The notes under the pieces are model-generated. The model saw only the letters and a list, made by a program, of their open reading frames with translations, did no database searches and was not told the origin of the DNA. Made by a program: the position numbers and the translations under genes. This document shows, piece by piece, positions 8,873 to 20,100 of a DNA stretch of 64,000 nt. Within the stretch, counting starts at the first letter, position 1. Every line of letters starts with the position of its first letter. Source of the stretch: Octopus sinensis. Lineage: Eukaryota. The stretch spans positions 71,796,001 to 71,860,000 of the forward strand of contig NC_043000.1 in NCBI RefSeq assembly GCF_006345805.1. Direction: 5' to 3'.

Positions 8873-11618
8873 GGACAACCTGTTGAGAGCCACTGACCAG
8901 ATCTGTGGCTGGTGCAAAGTCCCCTCTCGACCTAGAATAACGTGGTGGTGGAACAATATTGTAGACAGGGCTATTAGAGAAAAGAGACAGGCTTGGAAGG
9001 TCTGGAAAAATGGGGGTAGCAGGGAATTGTATCAGACTGCCAAAAGAGAAGCTAGGAGACAGGTTTATTTAGCCAGAGGGGAAGCAGATAAGAAAAAATT
9101 TGCCAATGTTCTGCGCCGTGAGGACCAAAGACTGGAGGTGTTTCGCGTTGCAAGACAGTGTGTGAGAGAGAATCGTGATGTGGTAGGAGAGAAGTGTGTT
9201 CGCATGGAAGATGGTTCACTTGCGCTAAATGAGGATGCAAAGAGAGAGGTTTGGAGATGCCACTATGAAAGGTTGCTGAATAAAGAAAATGAATGGGATA
9301 AAGAGAGTCTGCCGAATGTTGACCCAACAGAGGGACCAGCTATCCGAGTTGATAGTTCCGTGGTAGCTAAGGCAATTAGAAGCATGAAGACAGGGAAAGC
9401 CCCAGGCCCATCAGGAATCACTGCAGAGATGCTCAAAATGTCTGGTAGTGTCGGCTATAGCCTAGTCACCCGTATAGTTAATCAGGTGATACACAAAGGA
9501 GTCATACCCAATGACTGGTGTAGCAGCATAAGAGTCAACTGCTACAAAGGTAAAGGTGACGCCCTAGATACAAATAACTACAGAGGTATCAAGCTGTTGG
9601 ATCAGGTGATGAAGGTTACGGAGAGGGTCATAGCCCAACTAATTAGAGAGAGAGTTAGTTTAGATGAGATGCAGTTTGGGTTTGTGCCAGGGAAAAGTAC
9701 TACTGATGCTATATTCCTGGTAAGGCAGCTGCAGGAGAAATACCTAGCCAAAGATAAGCCCCTGTACCTGGCTTTTGTTGACATGGAGAAAGCCTTCGAC
9801 AGGGTCCCCCGATCCCTTATCTGGTGGGCAATGAGGAAACTAGGGATAGATGAATGGTTAGTGAGAGCTGTGTGGGCCATGTATAGGGACGCTGCTAGTA
9901 GGGTGAGGGTTGGCAATGAGTACAGTGAAGAATTCCGGGTAGAGGTAGGGGTCCACCAAGGCTCAGTACTCAGCCCCCTCCTATTTATCATAGTCCTCCA
10001 GGCAATAACGGAGGAATTCAAGACAGGATGCCCTTGGGAGCTCCTCTATGCTGATGACCTTGCTCTAATTGCTGAGTCGCTATCAGAACTGGAGGAGAAG
10101 TTTCAGGTGTGGAAACAAGGATTAGAATCGAAGGGCCTCAGAGTCAACCTAGCTAAAACCAAAGTCGTAATCAGTAGGAAGGTAGACAAATCACAAACGC
10201 CTTCAGGTAGATGGCCCTGCTCGATCTGTAGAAAAGATGTAGGTAGAAACTCTATAAGATGCACCATGTGTAAGCTATGGACACATAAGAGGTGCAGCAA
10301 TGTCAAAGGAAGGCTAACTAGGAAGATGGTTTTTGTATGTGGCAGATGCTCAGGAACAATAAACACTGAAAATGCTCTGAGACCAACTTCCGTCACTTTC
10401 CAGGGAGAAAAACTAGAAATAGTTGATAGTTTCCGTTACCTAGGTGACCAAGTCAGCAGCGGGGGCGGGTGTGCTGAAAGTGTAACTGCTAGAGTAAGAA
10501 TAGCTTGGGCAAAGTTCAGAGAGCTCTTACCTCTGCTGGTGACAAAAGGCCTCTCGCACAGAGTGAAAGGCAGACTGTATGATGCGTGTGTACGAACAGC
10601 CATGCTACATGGCAGTGAAACATGGGCCGTGACTGCTGAGGATATGCGTAAGCTCGCAAGAAATGAAGCCAGTATGCTCCGATGGATGTGTAATGTCAGT
10701 ACTCATACTCGGCAGAGTGTAAGTACCTTGAGAGAAAAGCTGGACCTAAGAAGCATCAGTTGTGGTGTGCAAGAGAGACGTTTGCGCTGGTATGGTCATG
10801 TGGCGAGAATGGATGAAGATAGTTGTGTGAAAAAGTGCCACACCCTAGCGGTTGAGGGAACCTGTGGAAGAGGCAGACCCAGGAAAACCTGGGACGAGGT
10901 GGTGAAGCACGACCTTCGAACTTTAGGTCTCACTGAGGAAATGACTAGAGACCGAGACCTCTGAAAGTGTGCTGTGCGCGAGAAGACCCGGCAGGACAAG
11001 TGAGTCCATAACCCGTGGCCTTCTACATGGGATGGAGCCAGCCTACGTATGCATACCTTCCCTTCTTGGGACATAAAACTCTACTTGTGAAGACCTGTTG
11101 AGGCAAGTGAGGATCAGAATCGAAATCGATCAATGGAAATTGCAGATGTGTTACCAGTGCCGGTGGCATGTCGAAACTCTACTTGTGAAGACCCGTTGAG
11201 GCAAGTGAGGATCAGAATCGAAATCGATCAATGGAAATCGATCAATGGAAATTGCAGATGTGTTACCAGTGCCGGTGGCATGTAAGAGAACCTGCCGTTT
11301 CGCGACCGTTGCCAGCACCGCCCCGTTTCGTGTCCGTTGCCAGCCTCGCCTGGCCCTCGTGCCGGTGGCACATAAAAAGCACCATCCGTTCGTGGCCGTT
11401 TGCCAGCTCTGTCTGGCACCTGTGCGGGTGGCACGTAAAAAGCACCCACTACACTCACGGAGTGGTTGGCGTTAGGAAGGGCATTCAGCCGTAGAAACAC
11501 TGCCAGATTTGACTGGGCCTGATGAAGCCTTCTGGCTTCACAGACCCAGTAGAACCGTCCAACCCATGCTAGCATGGAAAACGGACGCTAAACGATGATG
11601 ATGATGATGATGATGATG
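8873..11618 (+). mobile_element. 5'-truncated RTE-clade LINE with 3' UTR and (GAT)n tail
   Basis: Uninterrupted RT ORF. 3' UTR has a 98-bp duplication (11076/11174) and GTGC(C/G)GGTGGCA motif x4, then a perfect 14-bp palindrome CCATGCTAGCATGG and AAACGATGATGATG. Confidence 0.92.
8883..10964 (+). CDS. RTE reverse transcriptase (endonuclease missing) with PHD-like Cys/His finger
   Basis: KAPGPSG, NYRGIKLL, QFGFVPG, AFVDMEKAFDRV, GVHQGSVLSP, YADDL, CSIC...CTMCKLWTHKRC...CGRC, RLRWYGHV and RGRPRKTW. Confidence 0.9.
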   Translation: MRATDQICGWCKVPSRPRITWWWNNIVDRAIREKRQAWKVWKNGGSRELYQTAKREARRQVYLARGEADKKKFANVLRREDQRLEVFRVARQCVRENRDVVGEKCVRMEDGSLALNEDAKREVWRCHYERLLNKENEWDKESLPNVDPTEGPAIRVDSSVVAKAIRSMKTGKAPGPSGITAEMLKMSGSVGYSLVTRIVNQVIHKGVIPNDWCSSIRVNCYKGKGDALDTNNYRGIKLLDQVMKVTERVIAQLIRERVSLDEMQFGFVPGKSTTDAIFLVRQLQEKYLAKDKPLYLAFVDMEKAFDRVPRSLIWWAMRKLGIDEWLVRAVWAMYRDAASRVRVGNEYSEEFRVEVGVHQGSVLSPLLFIIVLQAITEEFKTGCPWELLYADDLALIAESLSELEEKFQVWKQGLESKGLRVNLAKTKVVISRKVDKSQTPSGRWPCSICRKDVGRNSIRCTMCKLWTHKRCSNVKGRLTRKMVFVCGRCSGTINTENALRPTSVTFQGEKLEIVDSFRYLGDQVSSGGGCAESVTARVRIAWAKFRELLPLLVTKGLSHRVKGRLYDACVRTAMLHGSETWAVTAEDMRKLARNEASMLRWMCNVSTHTRQSVSTLREKLDLRSISCGVQERRLRWYGHVARMDEDSCVKKCHTLAVEGTCGRGRPRKTWDEVVKHDLRTLGLTEEMTRDRDL

Positions 11619-11619
11619 A

Positions 11620-12807
11620 ACTAACTGCTAAAAAGGCAAAACTGAAGAAATACAAAGAAGATTTTATCGTGTTTGGTTTTGTATCTGTAGACTCAAAACC
11701 TATGTATCTTGAATGTAATGCCAAGTTAAGCTGGAGCAGCACCAGAAATTAAGGCATCCATGATCTGTTGGTAAAGGTCGGGAATATTTTGAGAATAAAA
11801 AGAAAATACAGCTAATCAAACTACCTGACTTTGTAAAGAAGATAAATATTGAAAAAGTAAAGACACTCAAACCAAGTTATTTGGTTTCTGAAATTATTGC
11901 CAAGGTTGCAGCACCTCAAATTTAAGGTGAGAAACTTGTCAAGCCTGCTATGATAGCTTGTGCAAATGAGGTTCTAGGAAAAGATGCTGCATCTACTCTG
12001 AGTACAATTCCACTTTCAAATAACACAATTACAAGAAGACAGGATGAAATTTTGTTGAGGAGAAGATTGTGGAAATTCTCCAAACGACAAATTTTTCTAT
12101 CCAGGTTGATGATAGCACAATTCATAACCAAGTTATCCTTCTGGTCTATGTCAGATTCATCCATAAAGATGATATAAGGGAAGAAATGTTATTCATTAAA
12201 AGTTTTTTCTGAAACAAGTAATGGAGAAGATATATTCAATGAAGTAATGCAGTATTTTAATGATAAAAATATTCCATTGACTAATTTGATCAACACTGCA
12301 TCAGATGGAGCTGCAGCCATGACTGGAAAAGTGAGAGGCTTTGTTTCTAGAATGAAATCAGTTGCTCTTCACATTTTTAATATACGTTGCATTATCCACA
12401 GACAGCATGCAGTTGCTAAGAATATTGGAGGACACATGGAAAACGCACTCAACACTTCCATACATACAAATAACATTGTCAAATCAAACTCTGTGAATAA
12501 TAGATTTTTTATGCAATTCTGTGAAGATGAAGATGTTAAAACCCTACTGCTTCACACAGAAGTAAGATGGGTCAAAAGGCCTGAGCCTTGAAAGACTACT
12601 GAATTTGTGGGAGCCATTAATCCACTTTTTCATGTTCAAGAGTCAGATGACTCATTACAACTCCAAGACAAGCTGATACAGCTAAGAAAATTTTGGAAAG
12701 AATTTCTGAGTTTAAAAAAAATATTCTACTTGAGTGATATTTTTAAAACAGTGAATCTGCTTAACTGCAAGGTAGAAAATCAGATTTGGTCACCTGTATA
12801 CTGCTAG
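11620..12807 (+). pseudogene. hAT Buster-family (SCAND3/ZBED5/FAM200-like) transposase remnant
   Basis: GEKLVKPAMIAC, IPLSNNTITRR, QVDDST, LLVYVRF, ASDGAAAMTG, CIIHRQH and LLLHTEVRW. Multiple frameshifts and stops. Confidence 0.88.
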
Positions 12808-13107
12808 TATACATATATACTAGCAGTAAAACCCATTGTTGATCAGGTAATTACTTTGACTGTTTATTGAGAGCCACATTTAAAGTATTATATGTATAAT
12901 TTACTTCTCCTGTATGTGTGTATTTTTATAAGAGAAAACCATGTAATAATTGAAGTAGAAGAAAGATTAATATCATACATGAACTTGTGTTTGTTTCTGA
13001 TAGCTAAGGCAGTGATAGACAGCTAATGCGTGCATGAATGCGATGCAATCTCTGCCCAGTATGCCGAAGTGAAGAATGCATTAAGTAAATAAAAAGCAAG
13101 CGATTAT

Positions 13108-13284
13108 TAGAGAGCAATAGCCGCCTTAGCCGCGTGCATAAACGCGATGCGTCCGTGTGTTACGTACGCTACCGGACACACACTTGCGGGTGATGTCGCC
13201 GCCGAGATGACAGCTTTTCGATCGATCGCACCGCTTGTCGCCAGCCCCCAACTCTTTGCTCGCTCCAAACGCTATTGCTCTCTA
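13108..13284. mobile_element. 177-bp MITE-like element with TA-flanked inverted ends
   Basis: TAGAGAGCAATAGC (13108-13121) is the exact reverse complement of GCTATTGCTCTCTA (13271-13284). CpG-rich interior. Confidence 0.55.
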
Positions 13285-13326
13285 CTACAAATCACTTGCC
13301 TGCATCCAACTTTAATACTAATATAA

Positions 13327-15172
13327 TCATCATCATCGTCGTCGTCGTCGTCATCATCATCATCATCGATTAACGTCCGTTTTCCATGATGGCATGGGTT
13401 GGACAGTTTGACTGAAATCTTGGAGAGCCAGCTGCTGCAACAGGCTCCAATCTAGTCTAGCATAATTTCTACAGCTAAATGCCCTTCCTAACGCCAACTA
13501 TTCTGAGAGTGTAGTGGGTGTTCTTTATGTCCCATTGGCACAGGAGCCAGCTAGCGGATCACCGGCCCCCAGCTACGGTATTGGTTTTACTTGACTCAAG
13601 CATACTGCAAGCTTATGCATGTCCTCGGCATTCATGGTCAGATTTGGTTTTGGCTAGGTTAACCCTAAGGCCATTCAATTCTAGACTTTGCTTCCACGCC
13701 CTAACATTTGGGTCCAGTTCCGGCAGTGACTCTGCTATTAGTGCAAGGTCATCAGCATAGAGGAGCAGCCTGTCTTGAATTCCTCTGTTATTGCCTGGAG
13801 GACTATAATGAATAAGAGGGGGCTGAGGACTGATCTTAGGTTGACCCTTACCCCTACCCGATATTCTTCACTGTACTCGTTGCCAACACTCACCTTACTG
13901 TACATGGCTTGTACAGCTCTCAATAAACATTCATCCATCCCTAGTCTCCTCATTGACCACCAGATAGGGGATCGGGGGACCCTGTCGATGAAAGCCAGGT
14001 ACAGAGTTTTATCTTGGACTAGTTATTTCTCTTGCACCTGTCTTATCAGAAATATAGCATCAGTGGTGCTTTCCCCTGGCACGAACCGAAACTGCATCTC
14101 ATCTAGACTGCCTCTCTCCCTAATTACTTGGGCTATGACCCTCTCCGTGACCTTCATTACCTGATCCAACAACTTGATACCTCTGTAATTATTTGTATCT
14201 AATGCATCACCTTTACCTTTGTTAGCAGTTGACTATGGTGCTGCTACACCAGTCATTGGGTATGACTCCTTCATGTATCACCTGATTGACTAGGCTATAG
14301 CCGACACCGCCAGATATTTTGAGTATCTCTGTGGTGATTCCTGATTGTCCAGGGGCTTTCCCTGTCTTCATACCCTTAATTGCTTTACCTACCAAGGCAC
14401 TGTCAATTTAGATAGATAGCTGGTCCCTCTGTTGGGCCGGCATTCGGCAGACTTTCTTTCTCACATTCATTCACTTTATTTAGCAAACTTTCATAATGGC
14501 GTCTCCAAACCTGTCTCTTTGCAGCTTCGTTTAAAGCAAGTGAACCGTCACCCATGAGGACACATTTCTCTCCTAGGACATCGCGATTCTCTCTCACACA
14601 CTGTCTGGCAACAGGAAAATACTTCAAGTCTTTGGTCATCACGGCGCAGAACATTGGCAAATTTTTCCTTATCTGCTTCCCGTCTGACCAAATAAACCTA
14701 TCTCCTAGCTTCCCTTTTGGCAGTCTGATATAATTCCCTGCTATCACCGGTCTTCCAGTCCTTCAAAGCCTGTTTCTTTTCCTTACTAGCCCTGTCAACA
14801 ACATTGTTCCACCACCACGTTACCTTGGGTTGAGAGGAAACTTTGCACCATCCACAGAGCTGGTCACTAGCCCTCAAAAGGTTGTCCTGCAGACACCTCC
14901 AGTTGTCTTCCACAGCTTTGAGTAATATGTCTCTCAATCTCTTTTTGCAGGATCCTTAAGCTTCCAGACCCTTCTCCTCCATTCTGGTCGTCTCCTGGGC
15001 ATCCATTTAGCCCTGATCCTGAAGTCGCTAACTACTAATCTATGTTGTGGGGTACATTCTTCACTTGGGAAGGTTTGGGCATTTACAAGTAGTCGTCTTT
15101 CCTGTTTCCTAGTGAGGATGTAGTCAATTTGACTAGTATGTCTACCAGATTGGTAGGCGACTAAATGGCCCT
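13327..15172 (-). mobile_element. Degraded RTE copy related to 8873-11618, retaining APE C-terminus, with large RT-to-3'UTR deletion
   Basis: Minus strand: YQSGRHTSQIDYILTRK...QHRLVVSDF, WWWNNVVDRA, MRRLGMDECL and SVLSPLLFII. Tail AACCCATGCCATCATGGAAAACGGACG plus (GAT/GAC)n. Confidence 0.88.
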
Positions 15173-15400
15173 GAATATGCTAATCGATTACCATTTAGTC
15201 ATTATGATACTTCTACAATTGAAGATAATTTTAATAAATAATGAATTTATGTATTGTGGCATTTGATACTTGTCAATTGTCTACATTGTTCACATAAATG
15301 CCAGTACCAGGCAGAGGTGGTTTCCAGCAGTAAGAGAAGCTTAAGAATAAATAAATGGAAATTTGTCGGCAGAACAAAGTTAGTAACCTTACACTCTCAG

Positions 15401-15667
15401 TGTTGTGATAAGAGTCAAGGTACCCTCTTGTGAAGAATGGACTGAACCGAGAGAGTGTATATAGTTTGTGTTATTTCATAGTGAAGTTCGAGAGTGTGGG
15501 TTGGTTTGTTCATTTGGAATATTTGTTGGTTCTTGAGAGATAGTTACGTTGTTATTGCTGCTGCATTATCTTATTTTATCACACTGGTACCACATATTTT
15601 AGGCCATTATCGCAATAGTGGTGGTACTACTATATTGGATACAAACCATGTTACAGCATCTGGCGAC
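15401..15667 (+). mobile_element. Possible LTR (TG...CA, 258 bp) plus primer-binding-site-like TGGCGAC
   Basis: Starts TGTTGTGA, ends TTACAGCA (6/8 inverted match), then TC-TGGCGACAAAAGG resembling a tRNA-Ser(GCU) PBS of Ty3/gypsy elements. No second LTR and no gag/pol seen. Confidence 0.4.
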
Positions 15668-15691
15668 AAAAGGCTCGAAGATCACGTAGCG

Positions 15692-15881
15692 TGTAATTCA
15701 CCTGCAAACTAAGCATTAAATTCTTTCTTACCAGGTTGTCAGCCTTCTGAAATTCCCTTGTCCATGTTATTTCCTCTGCAGCCATCCACACATTTTATTC
15801 AAGATCAACTACGTCAATCTTACCAGTTTTGAAGGCACAGCTCTTGCCTTTTGTCTCAGAAGGAAGGCAAAAGGCAAAGAT
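15692..15881 (-). repeat. Inverted copy of 2957-3146
   Basis: 185/190 identity by eye. Confidence 0.85.
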
Positions 15882-16604
15882 CCATTCCTACAATTTAAAA
15901 TTTTTTTGTTTTCGCTTGTTGCTGATATTAGCCGAATAAATAGAATATTTTATGAAAGTTAACTAACCATGAACAACTTCAATGAAACTGAGAAAACAAG
16001 TTTCAAAGTTTTATTGGGTACCGTTGGAGGTTGGTGAATTTTTTCTTTTCTCAGAGGGGAAGCAATTACCCCCACCGCTTCCAGACCATTGCTGAATGCT
16101 TCAGGTTTTACTTTTATATGACTAATTAAAGGTGCTCTAGTTCGGTGTTTATCTTCCGAATTTTAAGTTTAAAACTTCGGTTTGAATTTCGACTTCTACA
16201 CCCACTCCCTCACCGTGGTCACTTAACCAGCAAGAAATAGCAATCATATATGCTTCAAAATCCACCGTCCCATATAACAAAGTCCTAAACAGACAGAATA
16301 ACAATAAAAATATGGCGGACTTTCGAAATAGCTGTCGAGAATAAAATGAAATTTCGATGGTAAATTTTTGGAGGGGTTTCGGTAATTTTCGTCACTTTAA
16401 AATACATGTAATTCGCATTAAATCTTATTTTTCTGAAAAATCCACGTTTTAAAACATTTTAACTGCCCACCACTTCATCGTGCCTTTGGAGTAGGTGTCA
16501 CACTTGGGATGGTCAAACCTAGAATACCTTTCATCATAGGTAATTGCTTGGAGTTCACCTTGAGAGCTAAAACTATATATTTAGTTTCGATATAAAAAAT
16601 AAAA

Positions 16605-16995
16605 TTGCACAAAATTTTGGCACAAGACCAACAATTTGGGAGGAGGGGTTAATCGATTACATTGACTGGTACTTAATTGATCATGAAAGGTAAAGTCGAC
16701 GACGACGGTAACGTGAAGAGTCGGAAGAAATGCCACAAGGTATTTTGTCCGACGCACGAACGATTCTGCCAGCTTGCCCCACCCCCTTCCTTAATAATAT
16801 TTCTTTCCCCAGTAAGTACAAGGCCTGAAGCTGATGGGAAGAACTAGTCAATTGTATTCAACTAGTACTTATTCTATAAGCGCCGCCCGAAAGAAGGAAA
16901 GCTCAGCAATATTCGAACACGGAACGTAAAGATTCGTAAGAAATGACGCTAGGCATTTTATCCGATGCACTACCGATTCTGCCAGCTTTACATTA
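16605..16995 (-). mobile_element. Two adjacent degraded copies of the tRNA-derived SINE family of 63590-63819
   Basis: Heads read (A/G)CTGGCAGAATCG on the minus strand at about 16770 and 16980. Bodies contain AAGTACCAGT/AAGTACTAGT and tails contain GGTCTTGTGCC and AGGCCTTGTAC. Confidence 0.6.
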
Positions 16996-17879
16996 TATTT
17001 TTTCGTCAAAGTTTAACTATGTCACCCTGATGATATATTTTTACACGTGGACAAATAATAGAGAGATAATGTGGATCAGATGATATTACATGCTGACAAA
17101 GGCTTGGTAAAGGACTGTTAGAATGTTTAGGGATATGGTCCTATACGTTCGGGTTTCAATCCTCACCAGAATTCAAAACAAGCCGTCTGTTTTTCCACGG
17201 TCGAGAAAATACATCGATCAAGTATTGGAGATCGATATAAATGATTATACCCTCCACTCACCCCAAAATATATGCTTTGTGTCTATAATCAATATTACAA
17301 ATATATTGTTATTGCTATTTAACTCAGGTCATCCTGATAAACCCGGTTGAGGATCAAAGGGTTCCAACTATGACCAACCCGTATTTTTGTGCCCCACCTT
17401 TTTTCAGATATAGCATCTATGATTATATTAGCCAATGTACCCTTCCTTTAATCCAGTAGTATATGGTTCTAACGGGATTTGGGTGTTATTCCTAGCACAT
17501 CGACGAGCGAAAACGCAGAGGGGCCCTGATTATGTGCGAGTATGCGTATGGATGGGTACGTGTGTGTGTATGTGGGTGCATACAAGCCAAATAACCGGTT
17601 CAAGGCGTGTGTCAAACTGAAGAATCAAAGCGTGCGCACAAGTTTATAGTAAATATATACATTGTATAGAGAAAACACCCGAAGCCTATACAAAAACACT
17701 GAATATGTGTTTATTATTCATCCAAAGTAAACAGTACGTGTGTAGGCACGTTTGTTGTGCACATATATATTTATTAAAGGAGAAACGAATAATAATTTTA
17801 TACAAAACGAATAACTTTCAAATTCTATAAAGCAATGCAAACAATGGAAAATAATTTAAACACTAATTTTATATATACT

Positions 17880-18207
17880 CAGACTTTCAAAAAGAATTTA
17901 GCTGTTTAGGATGTCAAGCTTTCAAATCGAATTTAGCTGTTTACGTTAACTACGTCACAAAACAGCTGTTTACGTCACAGTAACAATATGTTTAGACGCA
18001 GAAAATAATTTCAGCTCAAAACAGAGAATACGATTGGTTAAAATTCGAAGAATTAAACTACGTAAAAGTTACAAAATACGAATTTCTCAAAAAAAAACTA
18101 ATTGAAATTAATGTTTTCTTTTGACACATTCTACCAGTATACGAAGTTTCAAATTGTTAAGTTAAGTAGAAAATTCCGTCCTTCAAACAGAAAAGATCCG
18201 ACGGGCC
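17880..18207 (-). repeat. Diverged inverted copy of the repeat at 1-290
   Basis: Alignment by eye. Homology runs to the window edge, so the true element end is undetermined. Confidence 0.75.
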
Positions 18208-18292
18208 TACAATTCCAGTCTGTTATATATTTTGAGTATTGTTATCACTAGCGATATCAAGATATAACTTTGTATTTTGTATTTTATGTGTA

Positions 18293-18296
<4 letters not shown>

Positions 18297-18348
<52 letters not shown>
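18297..18348. repeat. (TA)n microsatellite
   Basis: Direct inspection. Confidence 0.95.
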
Positions 18349-18350
<2 letters not shown>

Positions 18351-18396
18351 TGTATATGTAATATGTACACATATATATATACACATATATACAGGC

Positions 18397-18437
18397 ACTA
18401 GCACTATGACCCGGCAACGACGCGTTATAATGCTAGT
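18397..18437. mobile_element. Helitron/HINE-like terminal hairpin remnant
   Basis: ACTAGCA...TGCTAGT inverted ends enclosing ACCCGGCAACG, ending in CTAGT. Confidence 0.4.
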
Positions 18438-18849
18438 ATTTTCATAAATTTTGGTAAGTATTTCTCGGAGCTTGTAGGTTTGTATTATTATCTCTACATA
18501 TTTGTACGCACGTACACAGAGCTTGTAAATTTTGGTAAGCTATTGCAGGCGTTCGTTAAGTATTAGTATATTTCTGGGATCTAGTTGGTTTGGTTGCCAG
18601 CATTTCAAAAATTAAAGTTTACCGAAAATTTTAAAATTTGACACAATAATACACTTGCCCAAACTGAATTGCTGGAGTTTTTCACTTTATTTTAGAAAAA
18701 TGTTTTAAAAAAGTTATAGAGGTTTAAAGTTTGATTATTTTCACCCAGTCAGGAAACAAGATTTGTAAGCTGTCATTTAGTGCGTGACTGCACACTTCGT
18801 CGTTAATATCCTGAAAATAGCACGTGTTGTCAATATTTGTAAATAACAC

Positions 18850-19350
18850 GTGTTATACACATTACATGCGATAAACACTACAATTTTTTAGAGAAGATTT
18901 CGAAGAATTAGCTGAAAGTTCTTCGGTAATTTTCTTTCATGTAAATAAATGTTTATGTTAATTCAAAAGTTATCCAAAAAACTTTATTTAGCTGTTATTT
19001 TTAGCACACCACACAGCCACCTCATTGCTCAATGACAAAATAAAAAACCAACAAACCCCGACTAAATAAACATTTAAGCATTCAATATACATTTAATGCA
19101 AATGCGATGGACAGCACGTTACACGCAATAAACACATTACAATTTAAATATGTTTAATTACAATTTGAATATGCTTAAAAAAAACAAAGCATTCAATGTG
19201 TATTTAATGCAAATACGATAAACATGTTACATGCGATAAACACATTACAATTTTTAACAGAAATATTTCTATATTAGATGAAAGTTTTCCGGTAATTTTC
19301 TGTTATGTAAATAAATGTTTATGTTAATTTAAAAATTTGCCAGCAAAATC
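18850..19350. repeat. Imperfect direct repeats (about 365-bp spacing) downstream of the second Merlin copy
   Basis: TTACATGCGATAAACAC and TGTAAATAAATGTTTATGTTAATT each occur twice. Confidence 0.6.
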
Positions 19351-19504
19351 TTATAAAATGATAACGTTCGAAAAGATGTACATGTTATATTATGAAAATA
19401 AGAGTGAACAAAATATGCTTAAAAAATAAACTTTCAAGCATGCAATAAGCAACACATTACAAAATATTTTTAAAACTAAAACCGAAAATGAGAAATACAG
19501 TTAA

Positions 19505-20100
19505 TCAATTTTTGAAACAAATCACAATTTTCAAACCTCCTGCGCTACATAAATTCACAGAGATATGAATCTACCATAGAACGGTGAATGCCACAGTATC
19601 GTTTATTACCCTCGCTTCACAGAGGTCCACGTACTCTCCTCTTGTTGAGTGTGGGTACCATCTTTCGGGTTAACAAATCCAACGCTGTGGTTCACCATTC
19701 TATGCTAAAAATTGTAACAATCAATTTCAGAAATGTGAGAGTACGTCTTCCACATATCGCTGAAAATTGTAGTTCCTAGAAGAATCGAGTAACGTATGCA
19801 TTCTTCAAGTGTGTCACGATTCCGACATGGCACTGCATACAGAAAAACCCGCCTGGTCTCGCGACACACTCCTCCGAAGACCCACTACTCAGAGAAGACC
19901 CTTCCTCAATTGTATTTACTTCTTGAAACGACTGTTTCGTCGATCTCAACAATCTTCCAGGACCATCAACTTGAATTGGATGACGGAGCATGTCCTCCGT
20001 ACATATTTATCTAACATAGTTGTTGTAATCAATACCTGTACTATGGTTCATCCTCAGTTCTTCAATACAAAACCGGACTGAGGTCAATTCCTTAAGCGTC
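19505..20100 (-). pseudogene. Second Merlin transposase remnant
   Basis: Minus strand: DYNNYVR, GPGKIVEIDET (frameshifted), WVFGGVCRETRRVFLYAVPCRNRDTLEECIR, VNHSVGFVNPKDGTHTQ and DSYLCEFM. Confidence 0.88.

Noticed and set aside
16125-16400. TTAA-bounded Kolobok-like element
   Set aside because: The ends do not form a convincing inverted repeat.
17520-18207. GGCCC...GGGCC as TIRs of a non-autonomous Merlin
   Set aside because: Only a 5-bp match, with no 8-9-bp target-site duplication.
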